DNA from: Puccinia triticina
Taxonomy: Eukaryota
Assembly (NCBI GenBank): GCA_026914245.1
Contig: CP110440.1
Coordinates: forward strand, 4,464,001-4,528,000
DNA length: 64,000 nt
Reading direction: 5' to 3'
This document shows positions 1 to 13,500 of the stretch, in pieces. The translations under genes were made by a program, and so were the position numbers. How positions within the stretch are numbered: the stretch's first letter is position 1; the number at the start of each line of letters is the position of its first letter. The notes under the pieces are model-generated. The model was given only the letters and a program-made list of their open reading frames with translations, did not search any database and was not told where the DNA came from.

Positions 1-759
1 AGAGCGGCTCTCCGTGGTTAACTTCGGCCCGGAGGGTTGGCTGTACCCGGACAAATTATCGTTGATCACACTACCAAGATGGATAAATTTGCGATGTCGT
101 ATATTGATCAATATAGCGTATATTGATCAATTTATATTGATCAATTTTTTTTTATTATTCCTCTTGATACCTTTGTCTGTTTTCCATGTCTCCTTGATAC
201 TATTCTATAATCTCTCTCCTTCTGCCTGTGTTAGCTTCAAGCCACAGGATTTTTTTTTTTTTCTTTTGCCTGATAACATTCATAAATTTCTACATACACC
301 ACTCAATTCTTCCTGAAAAAAAGACGTTGCAAGTTTTGGGATTAATCCAGAGTAGCTGAGGGGTCTCAAATTTTTTTTCTTTTTTTTTTTACTTCAACAA
401 TTGATGTTATCAGAAGTCTCCAAATCGACTTTTTTTCAAAAGAGGAAAAACATTGACCCCTGACCTCTCTCATGATACCATCCTGCACACATTTTTAAGT
501 TGGTTGGTTGAACTTGCTCAAGATATTGCATATCATACTTGAAGTGCTACATGCATAGAAGGCCTTTTTGAAATTAGTTTACCATGGTTTAGCATATTTT
601 TGTCAGGTTCTTTTTTTTATCTACTTTTGTTATCAACCACAGATTAATGAGGAATATTTCCACATAAGATTTCATTGGACAATTTTTCTGCATATAAAAC
701 CCAGAAATATTTTAAAATATAATTTATTTGGGGTCGCATCCATTATGCAGCAGCAACAA

Positions 760-3700
760 TGTGATCAGTTCCCAAATATCACTAATTTGGTAGTTTCTGG
801 CCTTTTCTGCCACTATATCTCAACACAGTGTGGGAGTTCTTCCATGATATTGGTATCAAAATGATCAATAGCCCCCAAGGATTCATTTTGTACCTTAAAT
901 TACCACATAACCCAAATGTAGCAGCTACAATCTGATCAGTGGCCAAATGTCACTAATTTGGTAGTTTGTTGGTGTTGCTGAGACTATATCTCAACACAGC
1001 CTGGGAATTCTTCCACGATATTGCAATCCAAATGATTAATAGCCCCCAAGGATTCATTGTGTACCTTAAATGACCACAAAAACCCCAAATGTAGCAGCTA
1101 CAATGTGATCAGTTGCCAAATATCACTAATTTGGTAGTTTCTTGGTGTTTCTGCCACTATATCTCAGCGCAGCATGGGAGTTATTCCAAGATATTGGTAC
1201 CAAGATGATCAAATGCCCTCAAAGACTGATTGAGTACCTTGAATGACCACAAAACCCCCAAGTGTAGCAGCCAAGATGTGGTCAGTTGCCAAATATCACT
1301 AATTTGGTAGTTTCTTGGTGTTTCTGCCACTATATCTCAGCACAGCATGGGAATTCTTCCACGATATTGGTAACAAAATGATCACATGCCCCTGAAGATT
1401 CATTTTCTACCTTGAATGACCACAATACCCCCAAATGTAGCAGCCACACTGTGATCAGTTGCAAAATATCACTAATTTGGTAGTTCCTTGGTGTTTCTGC
1501 CACTATATCTCAGCACAGCATGGGAGTTCTTCCATTATATTGATACCAAAATGATCAAACGCCCTCAAACATTCATCGAGGCCCTTGGGTGACCACAAAA
1601 CCCCCGAATGTAGCAGCCACAATGTGATCAGTTGCCAAATATCACTAATTTGGTGTTTCTGCCACTATATCTCAGCGCAGCATGGGAGTTCTTCCATGAT
1701 ATTGGTACCATAATGATCACATGCCTCCAAATATTCATTGAGTACCTTGAATGACCACAAAAACCCAAATGTAGCAGCCAAGATGTGATCAGTTGCCAAA
1801 TATCACTAATTTGGTAGTTTCTTGGTGTTTCTGCCACTATATCTCAGCGCAGCATGGGAGTTATTCCATTATATTGGTACAAAAATGATCAAACACCCTC
1901 ATAGATTCATTGAGTACCTTGGATGACCACAAAACCCCGAAATGTAGCAGCCACAATGTGAACAGTTGCCAAATATCACTAATTTGGTAGTTTCTTGGTG
2001 TTTCTGCCACTATGTCTCAGCACAGCGTGGGATTTCTTCCATGATATTGGTACCAAGATGGTCAAATGCCCGTGAAGATTCATTGTGTACGTTGAATGAC
2101 CACAATACCCCCAAATGTAGCAGCCACACTGTGGTCAGTTGCCAAATATCACTAATTTGGTAGTTTCTTGGTGTTTCTGCCACTATATCTCAGCGCAGTA
2201 TGGGAGTTCTTCCATGATATTGGTACCAAGATGATCAAATGCCCGTGAAGATTCTTGGTGTACCTTGAATGACCACAATACCCCCAAATGTAGCAGCCAC
2301 ACTGTGATCAGTTGCAAAATATCACTAATTTGGTAGTTTCTTGGTGTTTCTGCCACTATATCTCAGCGCAGCGTGGGAGTTCTTCCATGATATTGGTACC
2401 AAAATGATCTCATGGCCTCAAACATTCATTGAGTACCTTGAATAACCACAAAACCCCCAAATGTAGCAGCCACAATGTGATCGGTTGCCAAATATCACTA
2501 ATTTGGCAGTTTCTTGGTGTTTCTACCACTATATCTCAGCGCAGCATGGGATTTATTCCATTATATTGGTACAAAAATGACCAAACACCCTCAAAGATTC
2601 ATTGAGTACCTTGGATGACCACCAAACCCCCAAATGTAGCAGCCACAATGTGAACAGTTGCCTAATATTACTAATTTGGTAGTTTCTTGGTGTTTCTGCC
2701 ACTATGTCTCAGCACAGCGTGGGATTTCTTCCATGATATTGGTACCAAAATGATTTAATGCCCCTGAAGATTCATTGTGTACCTTGAATGACCACAAAAC
2801 CCCCAAATGTAGCAGCTACGATGTGATCAGTTGCCAAATATCACTAATTTGTAAGTTTCTTGGTGTTTTTGCCACTATATCTCAGCGCAGCGTGGGAGTC
2901 CTTCCATTATATTGGTACCAAAATGATTAAACGGCCACAAAGATTCATTTTGTACCTTGAATGACCACAAAACCCCCACATGTTGCAGACACAATGTGAT
3001 CGGTTGCCAAATATCACTAATTTGGTAGTTTCTTGGTGTTTCTGCCACTATATCTCAGCACAGCATGGGAGTTCTTCCATGATATTGTTACCAAAATAAT
3101 CAAATGTCCTCAAATATCCATTTTGTACCTTGAATGACCACAAAACCCCCAAATGTAGCTCTGGCCCTTTCTGCCACTATATCTCAGCACAGCGTGGGAG
3201 TTCTTCCATGATATTGGTACCAAAATGATCACATGCCCTCAAAGATTCATTGAGTACCTTGGATGACCACAAAACCCCCAAATGTAGCAGCCACAATGTG
3301 ATCAGTTGCCAAATATCACTAATTTGGTAGTTTCTTGGTGTTTCTGCCACTATATTTCAGCGCAGCATGGGAATTCTTCCATGATATTGGTACCAAAATG
3401 ATCACATGCCCTCAACCATTCATTGTGTACCTTGGATGACCACAAAACCCCCAAATGTAGCAGCCACAATGTGATCAGTTGCCAAATATCACTAATTTGG
3501 TAGTTTCTTGGTGTTTCTGCCACTATATCTCAGCGCAGCATGGGAATTCTTCCATGATATTGGTACCAAAATGATCACATGCCCTCAAACATTCATTGTG
3601 TACCTTGAATGACCACAAAACCCCCAAATGTAGCAGCCACAATGTGATCAGTTGCCAAATATCACTAATTTGGTAGTTTCTTGGTGTTTCTGCCACTATA

Positions 3701-3834
3701 TCTTAGCACAGCGTGGGAGTTCTTCCATGATATTGGTACCAAAATGATACAATTCCCCTGAAGATTCATTGTGTACCTTGAATGACCACAATACCGCCAA
3801 ATGTAGCAGCCACACTGTGATCAGTTGCCAAATT
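760..3834 (+). repeat. 173-bp tandem satellite, about 18 forward copies
   Basis: The motif TATCACTAATTTGGTAG recurs at 1121, 1294, 1467, 1640 and onward (173-bp spacing). Shortened units occur at ~1650 and ~3160. Confidence 0.95.
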
Positions 3835-3835
3835 A

Positions 3836-4915
3836 ATGATATTTGCCAACCATTCACATTGTAGCTGCTACATTTGGGGGTTTTGTGGTCATTCAAGGTA
3901 CACAATTCATCTTTGAGGGCATTCAATCATTTTGGTACCAATATCATTGAAGAATTCCCACGCTGCACTGAGATATAGTGGCAGAAACACCAAGAAACTA
4001 CCAAATTGGTGATATTTTGCCACTGATCACATTGTGGCTGCTACATTTGGGGGTTTTGTGGTCATCCAAGGTACTCAATGAATGTTTGAGGGCATGTGAT
4101 CATTTTGGTACCAATATCATGGAAGAATTCCCATGCTGCGCTGAGATATAGTGGCAGAAACACCAAGAAACTACCAAATTAGTGATATTTGGCAACTGAT
4201 CACATTGTGGCTGCTACATTTGGGGGTTTTGTGGTCATCCAAGGTACTCAATGAATGTTTGAGGGCATGCGATCATTTTGGTACCAATATCATGGAAGAA
4301 TTACCATGCTGCGCTGAGATATAGTGGCAGAAACACCAAGAACCTACCAAATTAGTGAGATTTGGCAACTGATGAGATTGTAGCTGCCACATTTGGGAGT
4401 TTTGTGGTCATTTAAGGTACACAATGGATTCTTGGGGGCTACTGAACATTTCGATACCATTATCATGGAAGAACCCCCAGGCTGTGTTGAGATATAGTGG
4501 CAGAAACACCAAGAAACTACCAAATTAGTGATATTTGGCAACTGATCAGGTTGTAGTGGCTACATTAGGGATTTTCGTGGTCATTTAAGGTACACAATGA
4601 ATCCTTGGGGACTATTGATCATTTTGAAACCAATATCATGGAAGAACTCCTGGGCTGTGTTGAGATATAGTGGCAGAAACACCAAGAAACTGCCAAATTA
4701 GTGATATTTGGCCACTGATCAGATTGTAGCAGCTACATTTGGGGATTTTGTGGTCATTCAAGGTACACAATGAATCTATGGGTTCTTTTAAAAATTTTGG
4801 TACCAATTTCATGGAAAAATTCCCAGGCTGTGTTGAGATATAGTTGCAGAAATACCAAGAAACTAACAAAGTAGTGAGATTTGGCAACTGATCAGATTGC
4901 AGCTGCTGCATAATG
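3836..4915 (-). repeat. Same 173-bp satellite, about 6 copies in inverted orientation
   Basis: The reverse-complement units (GGCAGAAACACCAAGAAACTACCAAATTAGTGATATTTGGC) start immediately after the junction ...TGCCAAATTAATGATATTTGCC.... Confidence 0.95.
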
Positions 4916-5577
4916 GATGTGACCCCAAAAACATTATTTCTGGGTTTTATATTCAGAAAAATTGTCCAACGAAATTTCATGTGGAAATATTCCTCATTAA
5001 TCTGTGGTTGATAACAAAAGTAGATAAAAAAAAGAACCTGACAAAAATATGCTAAACCATGGTAAACTAATTTAAAAAAGGCCTCCTATGCATGTAGCAC
5101 TTCAAGTATGATATGCAATATCTTGAGCAAGTTCAACCAACCAAATTAAAAATGTGTGCAGGATGGTATCATGAGAGAGGTCAGGGGTCAATGTTTTTCC
5201 TTTTTTGAAAAAAAAAGTCAATTTGCAGACTTCTGATAACAGATCAATTGTTGAAGCAAAAAAAAAAGAAAGAAAAAAATTGAGACCCCTCAGCCACCCT
5301 GGATTAATCCTAAAACTTGCAATGTCTTTTTTTCAGGAAGAATTGAATGGTGTATGTAGAAATTTATGAATGTTATCAGGCAAAAAAAAAAATTCCTGTG
5401 GCTTGAAGCTAATACAAGGGGAAGGAGAGGGATTATAGAATGGTATTAAGGAGACATGGAAAACAGACAAAGGTATCAAGAAGAATAATAAAAAAAAATT
5501 GATCAATATAAATTGATCAATATACGCTCTATTGATCAATATACGACATCGCAAATTCATCCATCTTGGTAGTGTCA

Positions 5578-6507
5578 AGAACGTTTTGGCGGAGCGCAAC
5601 CTTGCTATTGCCTTCACCAAGGATGAGCGCGGACTGCTGAAGGAGACCTACAGACTCCCTTACATCATACCCGTTGTTGAACACGAACCTTGGCAAAAGA
5701 GGAAGATTCCGATTCCGGCCACCAAGTCTGATGAGTATATTCGCATCATCCGGGAACAAGTTCGAAACAGTCTGTACAAACAGTAAGTGTCGAGCTATTC
5801 AAGCCCGGTCTTCTGTGTACTCAAGGGAAACGGTAAACTACGGGTGGTACATGATCTGCAATCGTTGAATAAAGTTACGATCCGTGACGCAGGGGTTCTT
5901 CCGGCTACGGAGGAATTTGTTGAGTCTTTCTTGGGTTGCGCGTGTTACGGTCTCGGGGATATTATGGGCGGCTACAATGAGCGCGCTTTACATCCCATTT
6001 CTCGGCCTTTAACTACTTTCGACACGCCTCCAGGTTGGTTCCAGTTGACCCGACTCCCTCAAGGAGCCACAAACTCAGTAGCAGTCTACCAAGCGCAAAT
6101 GGTTTGGATACTACAAGACGAGATCCCTGAGCACACCGGCATCTTCATTGATGATGGGGGCATCAAAGGCCCAAAGTCTGACTACGGCGGCGAGCTTCTG
6201 TCCTGGCATTGTGGAATTCTACGCTTCATTTGGGAGTACGCCGAGGTCCTGGAATGCATCCTCTTTTGGATTGAGGAATCTGGTCTGACGGTTTGTGCAT
6301 CAAAGCTTGCGTCCTGCGTTCCTGCCTTAGAAATTGTGGGCCACGTGGTCTGTAAGGAGGGCCGGAAAAAGGCGGCCAGTAAAGTCAACAAGATTATGTC
6401 ATGGCCAACTCCCGCCAGCGCAACTGAAGTGCGAGGTTTCTTGGGTGTTGTTGTCTACGTCCAAATTTTCATTCCGTCATTGTCTCAGATTTGCCTTTCC
6501 CTCCGCC
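5578..6507 (+). pseudogene. Gypsy element A reverse transcriptase segment
   Basis: LRVVHDLQSLN, RLPQGATNS, IFIDDGG, EVRGFLG motifs; internal stop at ~5784; truncated by the chromovirus LTR. Confidence 0.9.
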
Positions 6508-7523
6508 TGTGAGCCTGAGTCTCTATAGTGACAGCAGGACACAAGAAATGGGGGACAACAGTTTGATTTCTTGGGATAAAGAAAATACAACTGTAAGAGA
6601 AAAAGAGAAAGAGAGAGAAAGAAACCAAGCAGGATAAGATAGAAGAGAAGTACTAGGTTATTCTAGTGGGAATGCACGTCCACTGGCAATGCTACTCTTC
6701 AGAAGAGTGCTGCTAATCTGTGCTAGAAGTGCTACAGCTTCCTCTCAGGAGGGTATCTGGATTAGATAAGTTTAATCCAGCCACAGTTTTTTAGACTTCT
6801 CTCTGGACAGTCAAGGTTCTTAATGGGAAACCTGAGGGACAGCCCTGCAACCTAGATTTTGAGGCAAAGGCCAATTGATTATAAGGGACAGCCCTGTGAT
6901 CAAGATAGAGGCAAAGGCCTGTAGAATTGAAGGGACAGCCCTGTGATCAAGATAGAGGCAAAGGCCTGTAGAATTGGAGGGACAGCCCTGTGATCAAGGA
7001 GGAGGCAAAGCAAGAAGAAAAGGCAGATCAAACAAGACACAGAGTTTTACCTCTGAGATAATCAAGGTTCAGTGAAAGAGGTTACTTACTGTCAATATCC
7101 TAGGCGCCTGTGACGGTAGGTATACTGGGAGTAGAGTAGGCTCTTTGGTGGTGATCCTGGGGTTATCTGGGTGGTGGTTCTGGTGTGCTGAAGTCTGTGG
7201 ATCCGCCTCAGGCAAGGGGGATTCTGACTACGAAAATTTTCACAGTTTGCTTATGTAATTTACATATGTACATGTGGTTTGGCGCGCCAGGTAGTGCTGA
7301 CACGTCACAACTGCGCAAGCGCGCCACAACTCAGTAACTCAGGGAAGGAGTATAGTTACAATGAATTGATAAGTTGTAACTAGGGTCAAAATTGCATGAG
7401 GAAACAGAATCTGAAGTCAAAACAAGGTTATCTCTTAAGATGAAAAAGATATAAAGTAATTTATATGTAACAAAGGTAGAACAGGCAGCTTTTAGGTCAG
7501 CTGTGATGACTCTAAGGCTGACA
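6508..7523 (-). repeat. 3' LTR of chromovirus B
   Basis: Direct repeat of 15079-16094; only one mismatch seen (7047 T vs 15618 G). Contains ~4 internal ~48-bp repeats (GGGACAGCCCTG...GAGGCAAAGGCC) at ~6835-7010. Confidence 0.97.
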
Positions 7524-7535
7524 TTCCCTACCACC
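7524..7535 (-). promoter_or_regulatory. Polypurine tract of chromovirus B
   Basis: Minus strand GGTGGTAGGGAA directly abuts the TG of the 3' LTR. Confidence 0.75.
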
Positions 7536-7560
7536 AAAAGGGTTGAATTTCTGTAAGAAA

Positions 7561-10500
7561 TTAAACCACAGGGTCAGACCTCTTCTCACTTCTGAATTTC
7601 CTGAGAAGGATAGCAGAGTCTGGGATGTCTTTCTCAAGGAGCCATTCATCATGATCAGCACTCATACCTTTGTATCTAGCTAAGTACATCATAACATCTC
7701 TGTTTTCCACTCTCAATCTCTTGTCTCTGAGAATCTTTTGTATGACTTTACTCTGAGGGGTCTTATCCATGGGGGGGATGACAACTTTGACTTTCTGTCT
7801 CAAGGGGAACTTGTCTGGATTGGGGTCTTTGTATGGTTTCACCAAGCTGACAGGAAATGTGGGATGTTTCCTGCTAAACTCTTCAGTCAGTATCACTTCT
7901 ACAGCATTTTTCCCATGTAAAGCTTTCACAAGGAATGGTCCTGTGAAGGAGTCTCTCATCTTCTTAGGGCCAGACAGGTTGTTGAAGTTTGCTGTGGATA
8001 TTAGGACTTTATCACCAACTTTAAAAGATGGTTCTTTGTGACTCTTGTCCCATCTCTCTTTGTTGTAAGATGTAGCTTCTGTTATGCAGTGCTCAGCATG
8101 TTTTCTGGCTTTCTCAAAGATCTTTCCATAGGCAAGAGCAGTAGGATGAATGTCTACAGAGTCTTGCTTCAAGAAATTCCTGGGAAGGTTTGGGATCCAG
8201 CCTTTTTCTAGGATGGCAGGGGGTTTTCCAGTGGTTGAATGTATGCTGGTGCAATATGCTAGCTCAAGGATTGGTAGAAGTGAAACCCAATCATGAGTGT
8301 AACCATCATTGTCTTTGAATTCTAGACCATATGCACAAAATCTTCTGATCATATCTTCAAGTGTTTGAATCATCCTTTCAGCTAATCCATCAGTCTGGGG
8401 GTGGTAAGCAGTGGAGAAGGAGAGTTTTGTTCCTAGCATACTATGCAAACCAGTCCAGAATTCAGATGTGAACTTAGGGTCTCTATCAGAGATGATGATT
8501 CTGGGGATTCCAGTCCTAGGCATTACTCTGTTCCAAAACAGTATGGCAGTGTCCATGGCAGAGTCATCCTTGAAGCAGGGTACAAATATAGGGGTCTTAG
8601 AGTATCTGTCCACTATTACCAGACAAGCATTGAAACTAGCAGCTCCTCCAGGGGACAAGGAAGTTACCCAATCCATGTTAATAACATCCCATGGTTTTGA
8701 AGGTTCCTCAATTTTCATAAGCAGTCCAAATCTTTTGCCTGTGGCTTTATTTGCTTTCTGGCATCTATCACAGGAGGAGCAGTATTCACCAGTGTCTTGT
8801 TTCCAGTTAGCCCACCAAGCAGTATCAGCTACTTTTTCTAAAGTCCTATCTTCAGAAAGATGACCAGAGTAGACACTGTCATGGCATTCATGCAAGATGG
8901 TGTTGATACTTTCTTTGTCAGCTAGGACTAGGACAGAGTTGTGTTTCTCTCTGAAGTAGATGAGGCCATCAAATATGGAGAATCTTCCTTCATCATATAG
9001 CTTTCTCCAAGGATCTTGTAAGGAATTTTTTAACTGGGCATCTTTAGCATCTTTCAACAAAAGTTCAGACAATATGGTAGTGTTCTTGTCTTGCTTGTAG
9101 CCTTCTCTCACTGAGTCAAAGAACTCATTCTTGAAAGTAGAGACATGTATGCCCATGATGGGGAATCTATCATCATCCTTGTCTTCTGGGTCATAAGCAG
9201 GGTTACTGGGATCATTTGGCAAAGCCCATCTGCTCAGTCCATCAGCATTCTTGTGAATATTCCCATCTCTGTGGATTATGGTCATATTGCCTCTGTATTC
9301 TTGAATAGCAATCTGCCACCTGAGCATATGTCTGTTGGGAGTCTTCATGTTCAATAGTGATCTCAAAGCTGTGCAGTCTGTTACAACATGAAATACACTG
9401 CCATCCAAGTAGTAATGGAGTTTTTCCAGGGCCCAAACCAGACATAAGCATTCAAGTTGACTAGCACCATATCTTGTTTCACTGTCCTTCAGTTGTCTGG
9501 ATATGAAAACAATGGGTCCTTCTTTTCTCACTCCATCAATGACTTGGACTTGATGTAAAGCAGCACCTAGACCAGTCATACTAGCATCTACATATAGTGT
9601 GAAAGGATGGGCCCAGTCAGGAAACAATAGCAATGGAGCTGTGGTCAGTTTCTCTTTTAACAAGTTGTAGGCTACTATTCTATGATGAGTCATCTCATAT
9701 ATGACATCAATCCTTGTCAGTTCAGTCAGAGGTTTGGCTATCTCTGCAAACTTCTCAATGTGTTGTCTGTAGTACCCAGCAAAACCAAGAAATGATTGCA
9801 TTTCTTTCCTACTACTAGGCACAGGTTTTTGGAGGACAGCAGCTACTTTATTCTGGTCTATTCCTATGGCAATACCAGACACAAGATGGCCTAGAGCTTT
9901 GATCTGATCAAATCCAAAGTTACACTTCTTCAAGGAGATTTTCATGTTCATGTTAATGACAACTTTCAGGATTCTGTCTATCCTATTGAGGTGTTCCTCC
10001 CAAGTGTTGGACATAATGATGATATCATCAATGTAGATAATGACCCACTTCTCATCAATTTCCTTTCTGAATTCAATGTCCATCATTCTCTGGAAATGAG
10101 AGGGGGCATTCTTGATCCCAAAGGGCATTCTAAGGTACTCATAGATTCCTTTGTGCATAATAATCCTGAGTAGATGTCTGGAATCTTCTGCAATGACATT
10201 CTGGTGAAAACCTTTGAGTACATCCATGCTAGTCAGATACTTAGCTTTGGCCAGGTTGTTCAGAGTCTCACTGATCTTGGGAATGGGATACCTGTCTGAA
10301 GCAGTGTATGAATTCAAAGCTCTGAAGTCTCCTACCATTCTGGACTTTCCATTGTGCCAGGCAATGATTACAGGAGTAGTGATCTCAACTACTTCATTAT
10401 GACCAACTTTCCTTAGAACATTCAGGTTTACTAGTTCCTCAATGTGTTGTTCAAGAGCTTCTCTGCTTTTGGGGCTGGCAGGATAAGGAGGTCTTCTGAG

Positions 10501-13500
10501 GAGAGGAGGATAGGGTCTCTCAGTTGTCAATTTGATATGAACTTCATGACCTTTAATGGCACCAAGGGGCTGGTTGGTATTGGAGAAGGCAAGGTTGTTA
10601 TTGTGGAGGACTTCAAACAGCTTCTCCTTTTGCTCAATAGTCAACTTATCACTGAACTTGGCTTCACAGAGTTCTTCTGTAATAAATTTCTGCAGTTGAG
10701 GATTGGACTTCTTTACAGCAGAAATTTCATTGGAAGGGCTCATTTTCTCCAGATGATGAGACTTAAAACTGAATTTCTTCCTCTTGTTCTCATTTCCAAT
10801 GGTAAAGAATCTCTCTTTGCTGTTTGTGATGTCAAAGCCATAAAGAGACATGTAATCATTTCCAAGGATAAGATAGTCAATTCTTGCATTTTTCATGACT
10901 ACAAATTCTGCTAGAATTCTGATAGAGCCTTTAGTGTGAGGAAAAATCAAAGCTGTTTCTATTATGCCCATTGGTTGTAATTGGTCACTACAGCTGTGAA
11001 ATTTTGCATGGTTAATTGACATGAGCTTGTTTTCCCATTCTGGTAATATAGAGTCTAGCAATTTGTTGCTGATGATTGAGCAAGAAGCTCCACTATCAAG
11101 AAGACATGATTGTTCTCTGGATTCAATAAGGACAGTGGTAAGATTTGCTTTTCCAGTAAGATGAGCTTTTCCTCTATCAGGTTTACATTTCATCAGTCTA
11201 GCATCCTCTATGTGGGAAGACTGGCAGGATTTGTCCCATGTCTGGGGTTGATGAGTTTCAGCTTGAATTTCAGCAATGGAGAAGTCTTGGTTTATCTCAC
11301 ACTCTACAGCATGTGTTCCAAAATCAAAATCAACCAAGGGGTCATAATTGGCACCATTCCCATTGTCCATGGCAAGAATCATATGATTGGTTCTATGATT
11401 CTCTTCTTCTTCATCTAGTTCTGATTCAGACTTGTGTGGTTCACCTTGATCTTCTCCATTGTCACTCTTGGGATCATCATCATCATCCATTCCTACGTTA
11501 TTGATCCTGTTCTTCTTCTTAGGGCATTCCCTGGAGAAGTGACCAGTTTGTTTACAGAAATGGCATATAAGTTTTTCTTTCTCAGGGGCAGAGACAGGAT
11601 TCTTTTTGGCAGAGGAGTCAGTTGGCTTATCAGTTTTCTCAGGGGCAGGATTGCTTCTCCAGTGGGATCTGTTTGGAGTGTTATAATTGTTTGTCACAGG
11701 CTTGTTCCTTTTCATGACTCTGTCTATGACCTCTTCAGCAATTATAACCATATCCTCAAAACTCATTTCAGTGGCATCTCTTTTGTATCTGCTTTTAATA
11801 GCATGCTCAAGGTTTGGAGGGCATTGCTTTAAGATTTTCTCACAAATAAGATACTGACTGAGTTCAGGTTGATAAGCTTTCAGTCTTTCTCTCTGATTAC
11901 CAAACCATTTATGGATTTTCCTCCCATCATAGGCAAAGTGATCATTCTCAAACTCTTGTTGCATTTTCCATTTCCAGTTCTCAGTGCCAAACTTGTTTCT
12001 GATGGCATTCTTCCACCAAGCCCAAGATTTGTTTCCATACTGGTCTCTGATGCCTAAGTACCAATTCCTTGCAGTGTCAGTTAACAAGATTGTTAATCTA
12101 CTGATTATCATGTTATCCAGCATCAAGTAGTCTCTGACCAGGATATCAGTGTTTTTAATCCAAAGCTCATGATTGTAAGGTAATTCTCCAGAGAATTTCT
12201 CCCAGTCTCCATTTTTGGGGATACCTTTCCACAGTTCCTTCCTCATTTCAAAGTCTATTGCTCCATGATCAATGTAGGGGAATTCCTCTTGGGTCTTAGC
12301 CTCAGGAGTATTGCTAGTAGGCTTAGGAAAGTTATCTCTTGGTGGTCTCTGGGGTTCAGGAGTAGGAACAGGAGGAGGAGGTCTGTGTTCCTGTTGTTGC
12401 TCATGGTGGACATTCTGGAAGGGATTATTGTATAAGAGATGAGGGGGTTGGTCTCTGTCATCTGGTATTAACACGGAATCCAGCTTTGAGCTCACAGTGT
12501 TTACTACAGAAGATATGTCACTGAATATTCTCTTAGATTGTTCAAATCTGTTGTGCTCATTGGCATGAAGGTCATTGATCTGATTACCAATGGAAGTAAG
12601 ATTGTTGCTCACTTTCTCTTCAAAATCTTTCAGATTTTGGCCAATTGTATCCATGTTAGAATGACATTGTGATTCATTTACCAGAATCAAATCTTGAACT
12701 GTCTCAAACTTATCATCTATGTGTTTCTTCAGTTGTTCTAACACATTGTTATTCACTGTGGACTTCTCTCTGGCACTTTCACCTATGTTATTCAGGATTT
12801 GATCAAGCAAAAGGGGAATGAATTCATCTTTAAACCGATCAAGAATTGAATGATTCAGGACATCTTTAAAATTGCTGACACAAGATTCAAGAAGAGTACC
12901 AGGAATGGTTTCAACAGTACCAGATAATTCAGAGAGAAATTTAGAGAACAAGACTTGTAATTTTTCTTCTAGGAACAAGGGACCATTTCTAGACATTTCA
13001 GAGTTAAGGTTATTGAGAAAAAATTCTCTATTTGAAGGATCAGAGAGATTATCAATATCTAAACTGAGGCCTAGTGGTGAATCACTACTTAAGGAACTTT
13101 TGGGTAAAGATTCATCTAGTAAGGGCCTCTCCCTCTGGCTCTCCCGCGTCCATAGATTCTCCTCACTCCTTGTGTGGCTCTCATCAGGTATTCTCCTATC
13201 TCTAGTACTCTCTGAGTGTCGTCCTGGGGGCGTCTCCAGTTCCTCCCTGATCCTCTCCAATTGTCTTGAGGATGAGGGGGGTTGTGGTCTGCGTATCCTT
13301 GCTGCGTGTGAGGATAATGGGGTGGATTGACCCCGCCAGGTTGATAATGAGGGCTGGGGCGGAACAATTGAACCACCTCTCGCGGTATAGAAGCTGGTAT
13401 TGGCCTCACTTGGAGCGCTTGCGGCGGCGGCGGCGGCGGTGGTTGCTGCGGCATTTGAGGGCCGTGGTAAATCTGACCTTCTGGACGCGGTTGTGGAAGT

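Larger units (their letters stand above)
69..5574. mobile_element. Non-autonomous CACTA (En/Spm, CMC) element with foldback architecture
   Basis: Termini are CACTACCAAGATGGAT (69) and ATCCATCTTGGTAGTG (5574). A 3-bp TSD TCA lies at 66-68 and 5575-5577. The ~680-bp arms are inverted copies of each other. No transposase ORF. Confidence 0.92.

Noticed and set aside
760..4915. CRISPR array
   Set aside because: The units are contiguous 173-bp repeats with no unique spacers, there are no cas genes, and the context is eukaryotic.
568..5620. Short ORFs within the CACTA arms and satellite
   Set aside because: They are repetitive translations of the repeat unit with frequent stops and no domain signal.
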